Notes: a model not told the origin generated them from the letters alone. A stretch of DNA of 64,000 nucleotides from an uncultured beta proteobacterium (GCA_963842555.1 CAWJHB010000004.1:21146-85145); one strand, 5' to 3'; shown: positions 39,150-49,596, counted from the stretch's first letter. Made by a program: numbers and translations.

Positions 39150-40093
39150 AGCCGGTGAGCGCGGATGTTTTCGATGAAATAGCCCCAGCCCATTTTGCGT
39201 ATCCGTCTGATCACGTCGGCCAGACCGCGCGGCATGAGCACCACCGCGACAACGATGACGACACCGAAGAACAGTCCGGCGATGCGCGTCACTTCGCTCG
39301 ACAGGAATTCGGACACGGCCGACAGCGTGAACGCGCCGACGATGGGGCCGAGTACGGTGCCTGGGCCGCCGAACACGGCCATGATGATCATCTTGACGTT
39401 GAGGCTGATATCGAACGCGCTTGCCGGGTCAAGAAAGGTGATCCAGTAGGCATGGATACCGCCAGCCAGCGCGCTGAATATCCCCGATAGCGCAAAAGCC
39501 AGCACCTTGTACAGCGTGGTGTTCACCCCCATGACAACCGCGCCTTCCTCGTTTTCCCGGATCGCGATCAGCCCGAAGCCGAAGCGGCTGCGTGTCAGAC
39601 CCCAGATCGTCAGCGTCGCGATGGTCAGCAAGCCCAGCGATAATTCGTAGAACAGCGGATCATTGTTCAGCGGCGGCAGGACCAGGCCGATGTTCTGGCC
39701 GGCCAGACCCACATTGGAAACGATCGCCGTCATGACCTGCGCCAGCGCCAGCGTCGCGATCGCGAAGTAGTGGCCCTTGAGCCGCAGCACGGGGATGCCC
39801 AGCAGGACGGCAAAGACGACCGCCAGCACCACCCCGAAAGCCATGCCGACCGCGAACGGCAAATGCCACTGCACCATCGCGATGGCGACGCCGTAACTCC
39901 CCAAGCCGTAAAAAACCGAATTGCCGAACGAGGCATAACCGGTGTAACCGCCGATGATGTTCCAGCCCTGTGCCAATACGGCCATCAGCAGCGCGTTGAT
40001 GCCGAACTGTATCAGCACGTCCGAACCGTACCAGGGTACACAGGCGAGCACCAACAGTGCGGCCAGAACCAGCCCGATCTGCCACGCCTTCAT
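39146..40093 (-). CDS. livM: Branched-chain amino acid ABC transporter permease
   Basis: ATG at 40093 (MKAWQIGLV) overlaps the livH stop (ATGA). The longer ORF 39146..40489 overlaps livH out of frame and is not used. Confidence 0.8.
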   Translation of the reverse strand: MKAWQIGLVLAALLVLACVPWYGSDVLIQFGINALLMAVLAQGWNIIGGYTGYASFGNSVFYGLGSYGVAIAMVQWHLPFAVGMAFGVVLAVVFAVLLGIPVLRLKGHYFAIATLALAQVMTAIVSNVGLAGQNIGLVLPPLNNDPLFYELSLGLLTIATLTIWGLTRSRFGFGLIAIRENEEGAVVMGVNTTLYKVLAFALSGIFSALAGGIHAYWITFLDPASAFDISLNVKMIIMAVFGGPGTVLGPIVGAFTLSAVSEFLSSEVTRIAGLFFGVVIVVAVVLMPRGLADVIRRIRKMGWGYFIENIRAHRL

Positions 40094-40953
40094 GCCGTCT
40101 TCCCGAGCAGACCGCCAGGCCGCACGATCAGCACCAGCACCAGGATGCCGAAGCTGGCAACATCCGCATAGGTTTGGCCGATATACAGGGTGGTCAGTGA
40201 CTCCACGATCCCGAGGAACAGTCCCCCGACGATCACGCCCAGCGGATTTTCCAGGCCGCCGATGATCGAGATGGCAAACGATTTGGCGGTGAGCGACGCA
40301 CCGATGTAAGGATTGATCTGCGACACCGTGCCATAGAGTGTGCCGGCCATCCCCGCCAGCGCGATGCCCAAGCCGAATGTCATCGCGTAAAGGTGCCGCG
40401 GTTCGACGCCATGCAGGCGCGCCGCCACCAGGTTCTGGGCAGCGGCGCGAATCGCGCGCCCAAGCCGTGTGTGCAGCAGAAACAGCCACATGCTGACAGT
40501 CAGAACGATGGCCACGGAGAAAGCGGCGAGCCGCGCCACGGGCAGGACCAGCGGACCCAGCGCGAGGCTGTTGCCGGCATAGGGAGGATTGATGGTGCGA
40601 AAGTCGGCCGAGAACACCAGTTGGGCCAGGTCGGTCAGGACCACCTCCAGGCCGAAGGTGATCAGCAGCGTGTTGAACATCGGCGCGCGGATCACCAGGT
40701 TGAGCAGGCCTCGCTGCAGCGCGTAGCCGAACGCGAACATCACGACGGCGGTGATCGGCAGTCCCAGGAACGGGTCAATGTGCAGGTAGGTATACAGGTA
40801 CCATGACGCGTAGCCGCCCAGCATGATGAACGCGCCATGCGCCAGATTGACGATGTTGAGCACGCCCCATACCAGGGCCAGTCCAAGCGCCATGACTGCA
40901 TACAGCCCGCCCTGGAGCACCCCATTGACGAGAATTTGCGCTAGCAGATCCAC
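40090..40953 (-). CDS. livH: Branched-chain amino acid ABC transporter permease
   Basis: LivH-like polytopic membrane protein. Confidence 0.85.
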   Translation of the reverse strand: MDLLAQILVNGVLQGGLYAVMALGLALVWGVLNIVNLAHGAFIMLGGYASWYLYTYLHIDPFLGLPITAVVMFAFGYALQRGLLNLVIRAPMFNTLLITFGLEVVLTDLAQLVFSADFRTINPPYAGNSLALGPLVLPVARLAAFSVAIVLTVSMWLFLLHTRLGRAIRAAAQNLVAARLHGVEPRHLYAMTFGLGIALAGMAGTLYGTVSQINPYIGASLTAKSFAISIIGGLENPLGVIVGGLFLGIVESLTTLYIGQTYADVASFGILVLVLIVRPGGLLGKTA

Positions 40954-40977
40954 CTGATGACCCGTGCCGCGGACAGC

Positions 40978-42189
40978 TTATCGCTTGTTCCAGGCGGGCA
41001 TCGGATACTTCGGATGATTGACCATGCCTTTCAGGCCATAGACTTTGACGACCTTGTCTCCCTGAACCTGAATCACCATTTGCGGCAATTCGATCTGCCC
41101 GTGCGCATTGAACGCGATCGGTCCGTATAGGCTGTCGAACTTGATCCTGGCCAATGCATCGCGCACTTTCTGCGGATCGAGACTGTCGGCATCTTCCATG
41201 GCCTGCACCAGTGTTTCGACGTCGGCGGCACCCGAGGCGGCGTGATAGTCGGGGTCGTATCCGAACTTCGCCTTGTACGCTTTGGCAAATTGCTCCGCAT
41301 CGCCGAACCAGCGGTCGTTCAGTTCTGCGGACGGCAACCATGGCGTCATGCCAAACGCGTAATTGGCATCCTTGCCCAAGGCTTTGCGGAAGTCTTCACT
41401 CGGCACGCCCACGGTGAACGAATACATCTTCGGGGCCACCTCCAGGCTCTTTGCCTGGCGCACGAAATTAAGGATCTCGGTTTCATGGCCGGCCACCAGC
41501 ACCACGTCGGCCTGCTTGCTCTTGATCTGGGACAGCAGCGAGTTGAAGTCCGTGGCATTGGTGCTGTAGCGCTCATCCATCACGACATTCAATCCCGCTT
41601 GTTTCAACATCGGCCGGGTGCCATCCGCCACCGACACGTCAAATGCATCGTCGGCATACAGCAGGGCCACGGTCTGCGGCGCCGGCTTGAGGATTTTCAG
41701 CATATCGATGGTGCTGCCAAAATAATTGCTCGCCGGTGCGAGCGTGCCGAAAATGTACTGGAAATTGCGCGCAAATATCTGGTCGGATGCGCCGCCGCCC
41801 TGGACCATGGGTATCTTGTACTTCTCGGAAATGGCTGAGTCGGCGAGCGCGAAATTGCTGGCGAACGGGCCCAGCAAAAGATTGACCTTGTCGTCGGTCA
41901 CCAGCTGCGTGTACTGGCGCATGCTCAGATTCACGTCGGACTGGTTGTCATAGAGTTTGAGCGCCAGTTTGTGAGACTGGCCGGCGATCTTCACCCCGCC
42001 GGCAGCGTTGATCTTGTCGATCGCGAATTGATAGGAGTCGCGGTAATAGCGGCCGGTGTTGGCAACCGGGCCGGTCAGTTGCACCGATGCACCCAGAACG
42101 ACATCCTGGGCTGCAACTGCAGCCAGGGGAGCGCAAGTTGCCAGGAGCATGAACAGACGGGAAAGGAAGCGCGAATGGACGGGTGACAT
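40978..42189 (-). CDS. Periplasmic amino-acid binding protein of the Liv-type ABC system
   Basis: Signal peptide. Type I periplasmic binding fold. First gene of the liv operon. Confidence 0.8.
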   Translation of the reverse strand: MSPVHSRFLSRLFMLLATCAPLAAVAAQDVVLGASVQLTGPVANTGRYYRDSYQFAIDKINAAGGVKIAGQSHKLALKLYDNQSDVNLSMRQYTQLVTDDKVNLLLGPFASNFALADSAISEKYKIPMVQGGGASDQIFARNFQYIFGTLAPASNYFGSTIDMLKILKPAPQTVALLYADDAFDVSVADGTRPMLKQAGLNVVMDERYSTNATDFNSLLSQIKSKQADVVLVAGHETEILNFVRQAKSLEVAPKMYSFTVGVPSEDFRKALGKDANYAFGMTPWLPSAELNDRWFGDAEQFAKAYKAKFGYDPDYHAASGAADVETLVQAMEDADSLDPQKVRDALARIKFDSLYGPIAFNAHGQIELPQMVIQVQGDKVVKVYGLKGMVNHPKYPMPAWNKR

Positions 42190-42432
42190 GATGTATTTTC
42201 TCCCTTGTTGTATGGTGTAATAGGACAGTCATGTTGCAATAATCAAATTCTGATGTCAACCGCCAAACATGCGGGAGCCGCTCCCGTACATGCTCTGGTG
42301 TCATCATGACGCGATACACGGCAGCTGGCGGATGTTTCACGGGATGCAGCGAGTCGTCGCGTTTCACGCGGCGCCTTCGGTGAGTTCAAACCTGTATTCC
42401 CGCGACGCGCGAATGCCAAACAAAGGAAGAAC

Positions 42433-43512
42433 ATGAAAGTCAACAGGATTGCGGTCATTCCCGGAGACGGGATCGGCAGGGAGGTCATGCCAGAAGGACT
42501 GCGCGTCCTCGATGCGGTCTCCCGCAAGTTCAGTATCGCGTTCCAATGGCAGGAATTCGAATGGAGCTGTGACTACTATGTCAAACACGGCAAGATGATG
42601 CCCGATAACTGGAAGGAGATACTCGGGGGAAAGGATGCAATCTTCTTCGGGGCGGTCGGCTGGCCCGCGACGGTTCCGGACCATGTCTCGCTGTGGGGAT
42701 CGCTGGTCAAGTTCCGGCAGGAATTCGACCAATACGTCAACCTGCGTCCGGCCCGACTCATGCCCGGCATCAACTCCCCGTTGGCGAACCGGACAATCGG
42801 GGACATTGATTTTTACATCGTCCGCGAAAATACCGAGGGCGAATACTCATCGGTCGGCGGCCGCATGTTCCCAGGCACCGAGCGCGAATTCGTCGTGCAG
42901 CAAAGTGTCTTCACCCGAAAGGGCATCGACCGGGTCATGAAGTACGCGTTCGAGCTGGCCGCGACCCGCGCAAAGAAGCACGTCACCTCGGCCACCAAAT
43001 CAAACGGCATTTCGATCTCGATGCCTTACTGGGACGAGCGGTTTGCGGAGATGGCTGCGGCTTACCCGGATATCCGGGCCGACAAATACCACATCGATAT
43101 CTTGACCGCGAACTTTGTGCTGCACCCGGACTGGTTTGATGTCGTGGTGGCATCAAATCTGTTCGGCGACATACTCTCGGACCTGGGGCCGGCGTGCACT
43201 GGTACCATCGGCATCGCTCCGTCGGCAAACCTGAACCCGGAAAAGGCATTCCCGTCGCTGTTCGAACCGGTCCATGGCTCGGCGCCTGATATATACGGCA
43301 AGGGAATCGCAAATCCGGTCGGCCAGATCTGGGCGGGTGCCATGATGCTCGAGCACCTGGGTTATCGGGATGCGGCAGCGGCGGTCGTTCACGCCATCGA
43401 AATCGTGCTCGCGGAAGGTCCCCGAACGCCTGACATGGGCGGCAGGGCGGGCACATCGGACGTCGGCAAGTCGGTTGCTGCAGTGATCGAATCAGCCAGG
43501 GTGTCCGCCTGA
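42433..43512 (+). CDS. Tartrate dehydrogenase/decarboxylase (isocitrate/isopropylmalate dehydrogenase family)
   Basis: IPGDGIGREV, RENTEGEYS and NLFGDILSD motifs. 359 aa, typical of TtuC-type enzymes. Confidence 0.8.
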   Translation: MKVNRIAVIPGDGIGREVMPEGLRVLDAVSRKFSIAFQWQEFEWSCDYYVKHGKMMPDNWKEILGGKDAIFFGAVGWPATVPDHVSLWGSLVKFRQEFDQYVNLRPARLMPGINSPLANRTIGDIDFYIVRENTEGEYSSVGGRMFPGTEREFVVQQSVFTRKGIDRVMKYAFELAATRAKKHVTSATKSNGISISMPYWDERFAEMAAAYPDIRADKYHIDILTANFVLHPDWFDVVVASNLFGDILSDLGPACTGTIGIAPSANLNPEKAFPSLFEPVHGSAPDIYGKGIANPVGQIWAGAMMLEHLGYRDAAAAVVHAIEIVLAEGPRTPDMGGRAGTSDVGKSVAAVIESARVSA

Positions 43513-43789
43513 CCCATTAGCCCAATCTGGCGCGACACACCAGTCAGATCAACCCCACCGCTTGCCGCCGGCAGCATTGCCCGGATTCGGACTATGCATC
43601 CCCGGGCAGCCGGGCAAGCCACTGCCGTTTGCAGCGGACGAGGGAGCTGCATCGAAAATGCTTCCGGGTTATCTCGTTAATCCGGCTATCGGATTGCTCA
43701 ACGATAGGAATCAATGGGCATTTATACCAATCCCGCCTTCGCGGCAACGCATTCAGCCATGCCCCCGAACGATATTCCAAAAAAAGTAC

Positions 43790-43818
43790 TTGACGTGTGC
43801 AAATATGACACGTATTAT
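43790..43818 (+). promoter_or_regulatory. Near-consensus sigma70 promoter overlapped by palindromic boxes
   Basis: TTGACG (43790-43795), 17-nt spacer, TATTAT (43813-43818). Inverted repeat ACGTGT-N9-ACACGT spans the spacer. ACGTGTG(C/T)AAA recurs 33 bp downstream. Confidence 0.45.
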
Positions 43819-43954
43819 GACTTTCACGTGTGTAAACTGCACACCTTACCGGCAGATAGGTTGCCGGATTCAAATGGGAGCAGCGTGAAGTATTTGCGAT
43901 TCGCTGCGGTTTTAAATCTGTGCAAATTGCTTCAACTTTATAAGGAGAGATGAA

Positions 43955-44077
43955 ATGAAACAGAAACACGGAGAAATCGGCAATAACAAAAACAGTCAGG
44001 ATTATGGATCGATTCATGCGCCATTTGCCTGGCTGGCCGCCTTGTCGGTGTCGATTGCAGCATGGGCATTGGCGTAA
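43955..44077 (+). CDS. 40-aa tail-anchored small membrane protein (below the ORF-track cutoff)
   Basis: AAGGAG RBS 7 nt before the ATG. C-terminal TM FAWLAALSVSIAAWALA is paralogous to the next gene. Confidence 0.4.
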   Translation: MKQKHGEIGNNKNSQDYGSIHAPFAWLAALSVSIAAWALA

Positions 44078-44133
44078 CGCGCAACTTGGGTTCACTTTGA
44101 AACTAAATTCCTGACCTGAAGGAGAATCTGATC

Positions 44134-44367
44134 ATGGAACAACATCTGGATACCCAAACATTGAGGGTCGTTCAACAGGACAAGCTGAAGGAGTTGGAGG
44201 GCCAGCAGGAGAATCTGCAGAAGCTGAGATCCGAGCTGGAAAGGATTAATGCAAAGCTCAACAAGCATGAGAAGCTGTCAGCAGATGACACGAAATATTT
44301 GTCCAGCCTGGGCTGGTTAAGCGCCTTGTCAGTCACGATCGCCAGCTTGGCGGTAACTCTGTCGTAG
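44134..44367 (+). CDS. 77-aa coiled-coil, tail-anchored small membrane protein
   Basis: GAAGGAGA RBS. Heptad-like N-terminus. C-terminal TM LGWLSALSVTIASLAVTLS. Confidence 0.5.
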   Translation: MEQHLDTQTLRVVQQDKLKELEGQQENLQKLRSELERINAKLNKHEKLSADDTKYLSSLGWLSALSVTIASLAVTLS

Positions 44368-44458
44368 GCAGAACGGTTGTGCTGCTTAAATGCGCCACAA
44401 CCGGCAAAGCAAATAAACCCTGCAATTTCATCAGTCGTACGCAGGCGCTGTAACGAGG

Positions 44459-46237
44459 TTGTAGAAAAAGTCTTTTCATACCCGCATCGTGCCGTGAACC
44501 AAACCAAATATCAAGGTCGAAGTTAGAGGTGATATTTTGGAGAACTTAATGGCGCGCTATAAACACATCGACACCAGTCCTCGCTTTCTCGCTGTTGACC
44601 TGCAACGGCAACTCCTACCCGGCACATTCGAATACGCTTTGAATCACCTGGTCGACCACGAGCTCGATCTTTCCCGCTTCGATGCCCGCTTCAACAATGA
44701 CGACACAGGTGCGCCAGCGTTACCACCTGCCATGCTGCTCAAGGTTGTCCTGTTTGCCTACAGCCAAGGCATCGTCAGCAGCCGCAACATCGAGCGTGCC
44801 TGCCGCGAACACGTCACCTTCATCGCCCTGTCCGGAGACAGCCAGCCACACTTCACTACCATCGCCGAATTTGTTTCATCCCTTGGCGACGACATCGCAC
44901 ACCTCTTCAGCCAGATACTCTTCATCTGCGACCGTCAGGGTTTGATAGGGCGCGAGATGTTCGCCATCGATGGCGTGAAGCTACCCAGCAACGCCTCCAA
45001 AGCCCGGAGCGGCACACGTGCCGACTTTGAACGTCAGGCGGGCAAACTGGAAACCGCTGCTAAGGTTATGCTGGAACGGCATCGCGAAGCAGACCAGCGC
45101 GCCAATGAGCCTGACCTTCACGCCAGGGAAACCCAACGCATCACCCGCCTGCAAACCGATGCGGCGCAACTTCGAGAATGGCTCGCTGATCATCCCGAAG
45201 ACCGCAAAGGCAGCAAAGGCGCGATCCGCAAGAGCAACCGCACCGACAACGAATCTGCGAAGATGGCGACCAGCAAAGGCGTTATACAAGGTTACACCGG
45301 CGTGGCCGCTGTTGATGCCCGCCACCAGATCATCGTCGAAGCCCAAGCACATGGCACCGGCAGCGAACAAGAATTGCTGATCCCCGTCGTGCAGGCGATG
45401 CAAGCCACACTCGCCGATGATACCCTCATCACTGCCGATGCCGGTTACCACAGCGAGGCCAATCTCAAGCAGCTTGCCGCGATGAAAGTTGATGCACTCA
45501 TTGCAGACAACAACATGCGCAGTCGAGACGAACGCTTTGCCGAACAAGGTAAATACAAAGCACTCCCTGACCCACTGCATGACAAGGGTGGCAAACCCAA
45601 ACAAGCAGCTCGCTACCAACCCAAAGACTTCGACTACGATCAGCAAGCAGGAACTTGTTTCTGTCCTGCGGGCAAGCAGCTTTATGGCGACGGCAGTGGC
45701 TGCACGATCAACGGTTATGCGGCAGTGAAGTTCAAAGGCGCACAACGCGACTGCATGCCATGCACACATCGAGATCGTTGTTTGCTAACGCCACAGAAGA
45801 CCAAGACACGACAGGTGTCGTTCTTCCACGGCAAGGTAGATCAGGAGAGCTACACCGACCAGATGAAGCGGCGTATCGACAGCCCGGACGGCCGCGCACG
45901 TTATAGCAGGCGCTTTGCCACGGTGGAGCCCGTATTCGGCAACCTGCGGCACAACAAACAACTCAACCGCTTCACCCTCAGGGGACGAACCAAGGTTGAT
46001 GCGCAGTGGAAGTTGTATTGCTTGGTGCACAACATCGAGAAATTAGCGCATCACGGCTATGCATAGTAGCAAAGGGGCATAACACCCCGAATATGCCCGC
46101 AGATTCGCGTCCCCAGCGATGCAATTTGCTCACACTCGCCGCAGTAAAAATCACAACCGATTGTTGAAGTTGAAACGGAAACGTTCAGGTGGGAAAAACT
46201 TGGCTGGAAAATCGTTGGAAAAGGGTTTTTCTACAGC
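44459..46237 (+). mobile_element. IS element of the IS1182/IS5 superfamily type (boundaries approximate)
   Basis: Imperfect terminal inverted repeats TGTAGAAAAAGTCTTTTC (left) and GAAAAGGGTTTTTCTACA (right, 46218-46235). Single transposase ORF. Confidence 0.6.
44549..46066 (+). CDS. DDE transposase (IS1182-type, DUF772-like N-terminus)
   Basis: MARYKHIDTSPRFLAVDL...LLKVVLFAYSQGIVSSRNIERAC N-terminal pattern. C-terminal CxxC...C zinc-like motif and DDE region. Confidence 0.8.
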   Translation: MARYKHIDTSPRFLAVDLQRQLLPGTFEYALNHLVDHELDLSRFDARFNNDDTGAPALPPAMLLKVVLFAYSQGIVSSRNIERACREHVTFIALSGDSQPHFTTIAEFVSSLGDDIAHLFSQILFICDRQGLIGREMFAIDGVKLPSNASKARSGTRADFERQAGKLETAAKVMLERHREADQRANEPDLHARETQRITRLQTDAAQLREWLADHPEDRKGSKGAIRKSNRTDNESAKMATSKGVIQGYTGVAAVDARHQIIVEAQAHGTGSEQELLIPVVQAMQATLADDTLITADAGYHSEANLKQLAAMKVDALIADNNMRSRDERFAEQGKYKALPDPLHDKGGKPKQAARYQPKDFDYDQQAGTCFCPAGKQLYGDGSGCTINGYAAVKFKGAQRDCMPCTHRDRCLLTPQKTKTRQVSFFHGKVDQESYTDQMKRRIDSPDGRARYSRRFATVEPVFGNLRHNKQLNRFTLRGRTKVDAQWKLYCLVHNIEKLAHHGYA

Positions 46238-46249
46238 GTCAACGGAATA

Positions 46250-46282
46250 CTGAAGGGGCCAGCCCACGGCTGACCCCTTCAG
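46250..46282. terminator. Long GC hairpin downstream of the LEA_2 lipoprotein gene
   Basis: CTGAAGGGG-CAGCC...GGCTG-CCCCTTCAG. No strong U-tract. Confidence 0.4.
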
Positions 46283-46297
46283 TTGCATGCCGGTCCA

Positions 46298-46813
46298 TCA
46301 CATCCCGGATCTGTCTTGAGGTGAAGCCGACTGCGGGTCGTCTATGGGGAAAAATGTCTGGGGAGAAATGCGGCCGGTTTTCTCGACACGGATAGATGGG
46401 ATCATCGCCCCGACGTCCAGCTTGGCCTCAAGGCGGTATGTAACCTGGCCGCGCCCTTTCTGCAGCATGTCATTCACGAAGCGCATGCCTTCAACCAGGC
46501 CGACACTCGCGGTAACCTTGAACTCCGCCTCACCGTATGCCGGCACGACAGGCAATTCATTGGCCGCACCTTCCACGACCTGGAAATCATTCAGCAACAC
46601 TTTGTAGCTGATGCCGCGCAGGCGCAGTTCGGTCGCGTTTGGATTCACGATGCGCATGCCGATTTCGAACTGTGGTGTTAGATGAGGGGAGGGCAGCAGC
46701 TTGAAAGAAGTGACATCAACCGAAGGTGTCTCGAAGGCTGGACGAAGTGATGCGCAACCCGCAACTAGCAAAAACGCAAGGAAGAGCATTAACACGCCGG
46801 GTACGGCGTTCAT
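46298..46813 (-). CDS. LEA type 2 / WHy-domain lipoprotein
   Basis: Lipobox LLVAGC. LEA14-like pattern (NPNATELRLRGISYKVLLN). Confidence 0.7.
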   Translation of the reverse strand: MNAVPGVLMLFLAFLLVAGCASLRPAFETPSVDVTSFKLLPSPHLTPQFEIGMRIVNPNATELRLRGISYKVLLNDFQVVEGAANELPVVPAYGEAEFKVTASVGLVEGMRFVNDMLQKGRGQVTYRLEAKLDVGAMIPSIRVEKTGRISPQTFFPIDDPQSASPQDRSGM

Positions 46814-46960
46814 GTTGCGACAGCGGGAAAGCGCGAATGTGCAAAGTCGATTCATGCCGCCCATTATAGGGAGATCACGAATAGCCGGTAAGGGCACCTG
46901 AACCTGTTCCGGGACGGCGCGACGAAGCGGGCCCTTATGCCTGCCGTTCCCGGGATTAAA

Positions 46961-47275
46961 TTATTTGGCGCTGTCGCCTTTGCTTTGCCCTGATTCCTTG
47001 GCTTGCTGCTGGGCCATATAGTTGCGCTGTTCTTCTATCGCCTTGCCTATCGTCATGTCTTCCGGGATTGGGCTGGCATTGCTTGCATCGGCTGCAGCGG
47101 AAAGATGTCGAATAACAAACTGCGAGAACAATACCCTTTCCTCGGGTGTCAGCTTCTGCAGCGACGGTTTTACCGAACTGCTCCACTTGGAAATATCCGT
47201 GGGCACCTTGGTGTCGTGCGGGTCGCCGCATGCAACCAGCAATAAGGCGAAATAAAATATGGCAATCAATCTCAT
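46961..47275 (-). CDS. Hypothetical lipoprotein
   Basis: MRLIAIFYFALLLVAC lipobox. Confidence 0.55.
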   Translation of the reverse strand: MRLIAIFYFALLLVACGDPHDTKVPTDISKWSSSVKPSLQKLTPEERVLFSQFVIRHLSAAADASNASPIPEDMTIGKAIEEQRNYMAQQQAKESGQSKGDSAK

Positions 47276-47634
47276 GGCTGGATCCCTGTTCTTGTTTGGG
47301 TCGATAGTAATACAAAATTATCAGAGTATTGCAAATATCATCACTTCGCATGGAAGTGGCCAAATTGATATCCGTTCATGGATACACCAATTTGATCGGC
47401 GCTTGGGGCCCTGGCTTTGCTGACAAGGGTATTGGGTCAGGAGAAAGGCATCACAATGGCGCGCATCAGATTGGCGCTGGACGGTGGAAACAGGCGGCGT
47501 TCCGCAGCATCGGCATTTGATGCCCGAAAGCAGCCACGTTGATCTGATGCATCTTCTATAACCCCGCCCCAAAAAGCGCTATTATTGGACGGTTTTTGGC
47601 ATCCATCTGCTTACAAATTACCAACCCAGGTCAA

Positions 47635-49323
47635 ATGTTCCCATTCAAATTGAAACGATCGACGCGCGGGCTGTTGCTGCTGCTTTCGAGTCTGCCCGCG
47701 ACATTAGTTCTGCTCGCGCTGCTCTACATGTTCGGCATGGACTACTTTGAGCACAGTTCGCGCGACTTCTGGTCGAGTCTCGAATGGGCGGCCGAGACGA
47801 TCACCACTACCGGTTACGGCGCCGACTCCCACTGGGACAGCCCCATCATGGTGCTGCTGGTGATCGCCACACAGTTTCTCGGCATCTTTCTGGTGTTGCT
47901 CATATTCCCGTTTTATGTGCTGCCCTTTTTCGAGGAACGCTTCGAAGGGCGGCTTTCCACCGCGTTGCCGGTGACGGCCGGCAGGAGGTGCGTCTTTGTC
48001 TACCGCTACGGGCCCGCGGTCGCGATGCTGATCGACGATCTTGCGCGCTTCGGGCGGCGCGTTGTGGTCATCGAGGAGGATAGGGAGGTCGCGCGGCGGC
48101 TCAAGGAACGCGGCCTAGAGGTAGTCAACGCCGGCCTCGGCGACGAGTATCTCGATCTGGCCCCGCTGCGCAGCGCGGAAGCGATCGTCGCGAACGGCGA
48201 GGACCACGACAACGCGGCGCTGGTGCTTATCGCGCGCGAACTCGGCTTCAAGGGGCCGATCTTCGCTTTGGTGGATGAGCCATTGCACCGCCATCCGCTG
48301 CAGACCGCGGGTGCGACCGCCGTCTACACCCCGCGCCATGTGCTGGCCGCGGCGCTTTCGGCCAAGGCGAGCCGGCGCATCCAGCGGCGCGTGAGTGGGC
48401 TGCAGCAGATCGGCGAGCACGTCAAGGTGGCGGAGATGCGCATCCATCCGCAGAGTAGTCTCGCGGGGCGCACCCTTGCCGACATTCGGTCGCCCGAGCG
48501 TTTCGGGGTGTCGGTCGTCGGGCGTTGGGTGGAAGGCGAGTTCAGGCCCGGTATCTCGGGGCAAGCCCGGCTCGAGCCGGGCAACATCATCGTCGTGATC
48601 GGGAGTCCACAGGGCGTGGCGCGGCTGGGCGAGTCCGCGACACCGCTGAAGCAGGGCGGCAAGATCGTGGTGTTCGGCTACGGCGAGGTGGGGCGCAAGA
48701 TCGTCGAGTTGCTGCACGATGCCGGCGAGCCGACCACGGTCATCGACACCGAGGCGCTCCCGGGCGTGGATGTAGTCGGCAACGCGCTGGACCAGGCGGT
48801 GCTCGAACGCGCCGGGGTGCGCGACGCGAGCGCTGTCGTGCTCGCGCTCAGCAACGACAACGAGGCGCTGTTCGCCGCCACCGTGGTGCGCGACTTCGCT
48901 CCGGAGGTGCCGCTGATCGCGCGCGTCAACCAGGCGCAGACCGTCAAGCGGCTGTACCAGGTCGGCACCGACTTCGCGCTCTCCATCGGACAGGTGGCGG
49001 GCCAACTGCTGGCCCACCAGATGCTCGGCGAAGAGTACGTGAGCATCGAGCCGACCGTGAAGATCGTCAAGGTTGACGGCTCGCTGTTCGCGGGACAGCA
49101 TCCGCTTCACACCGATTTGCGCGGGCGCGCCGAGGTGCTGGTGGTCGCGCTTGAGCGGCGCGGCGGGGTGGTAGTGGAGTTCGGCGACGAATTCCGCATC
49201 GCGGAGGGCGATGCGCTGTTCCTGTGCGGGGCGCCCAACGCCCTCGATGCCTGCTGCGCAAAGTTCCCCGAGCTCCGCGCACGGCCTTCCGTCCAAAGTG
49301 CTGCCGATCCCGGCAAGCAATAG
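47635..49323 (+). CDS. Potassium channel with two tandem RCK/TrkA domains
   Basis: Selectivity filter TTTGYG. Two Rossmann-like RCK-N plus TrkA-C units. Start at MFPFKLK. Confidence 0.8.
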   Translation: MFPFKLKRSTRGLLLLLSSLPATLVLLALLYMFGMDYFEHSSRDFWSSLEWAAETITTTGYGADSHWDSPIMVLLVIATQFLGIFLVLLIFPFYVLPFFEERFEGRLSTALPVTAGRRCVFVYRYGPAVAMLIDDLARFGRRVVVIEEDREVARRLKERGLEVVNAGLGDEYLDLAPLRSAEAIVANGEDHDNAALVLIARELGFKGPIFALVDEPLHRHPLQTAGATAVYTPRHVLAAALSAKASRRIQRRVSGLQQIGEHVKVAEMRIHPQSSLAGRTLADIRSPERFGVSVVGRWVEGEFRPGISGQARLEPGNIIVVIGSPQGVARLGESATPLKQGGKIVVFGYGEVGRKIVELLHDAGEPTTVIDTEALPGVDVVGNALDQAVLERAGVRDASAVVLALSNDNEALFAATVVRDFAPEVPLIARVNQAQTVKRLYQVGTDFALSIGQVAGQLLAHQMLGEEYVSIEPTVKIVKVDGSLFAGQHPLHTDLRGRAEVLVVALERRGGVVVEFGDEFRIAEGDALFLCGAPNALDACCAKFPELRARPSVQSAADPGKQ

Positions 49324-49596
49324 CTGCACATCGCGCCAGAAATCGCCGCGAAGGGTGTTGGGGTGCGGGAGGGCGCAGCACGGCATCTGGAGCAAATACA
49401 TCCGGGCCGGCCAGGGCTGATTCATTTGATGCCGGCCAAAAAAAAGCGCCGCGACTCGTCAGGAGCCGCGGCGCGGTGCCGCGATACGGGTGGCGGAAAT
49501 GTTCAGCGTATTCGCCACCTGCCTTTCATGTTGCGTATGGAAATCATGTCTTGGTTACCAATCCCCAAGGTTTTGAATCTCCAGGCGCCGGTTGCT

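Noticed and set aside
39146-40489. 447-aa extended version of the livM ORF
   Set aside because: The N-terminal 130 aa overlap livH out of frame and are Arg/Gly-rich. An ATG at 40093 gives a canonical LivM start that overlaps the livH stop.
43592-44095. 167-aa minus-strand ORF covering the promoter and small-ORF region
   Set aside because: It is a Cys/Arg-rich sequence with no RBS. It runs antisense to a near-consensus promoter and to an RBS-equipped small gene, so it is judged spurious.
44519-44531. 11-mer AGTTAGAGGTG shared between the leader of the first IS and the IS3 terminal repeat at 58450
   Set aside because: Many 11-nt matches are expected by chance in 64 kb, and the flanking sequence does not extend the similarity.
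48115-49425. 436-aa antisense ORF opposite the K+ channel, and similar long antisense ORFs at 105..1046, 3212..4315, 7602..8822 and 37653..38219
   Set aside because: These are Arg/Pro/Gly/His-rich low-information translations opposite well-supported genes. They are typical shadow ORFs of GC-rich coding DNA.
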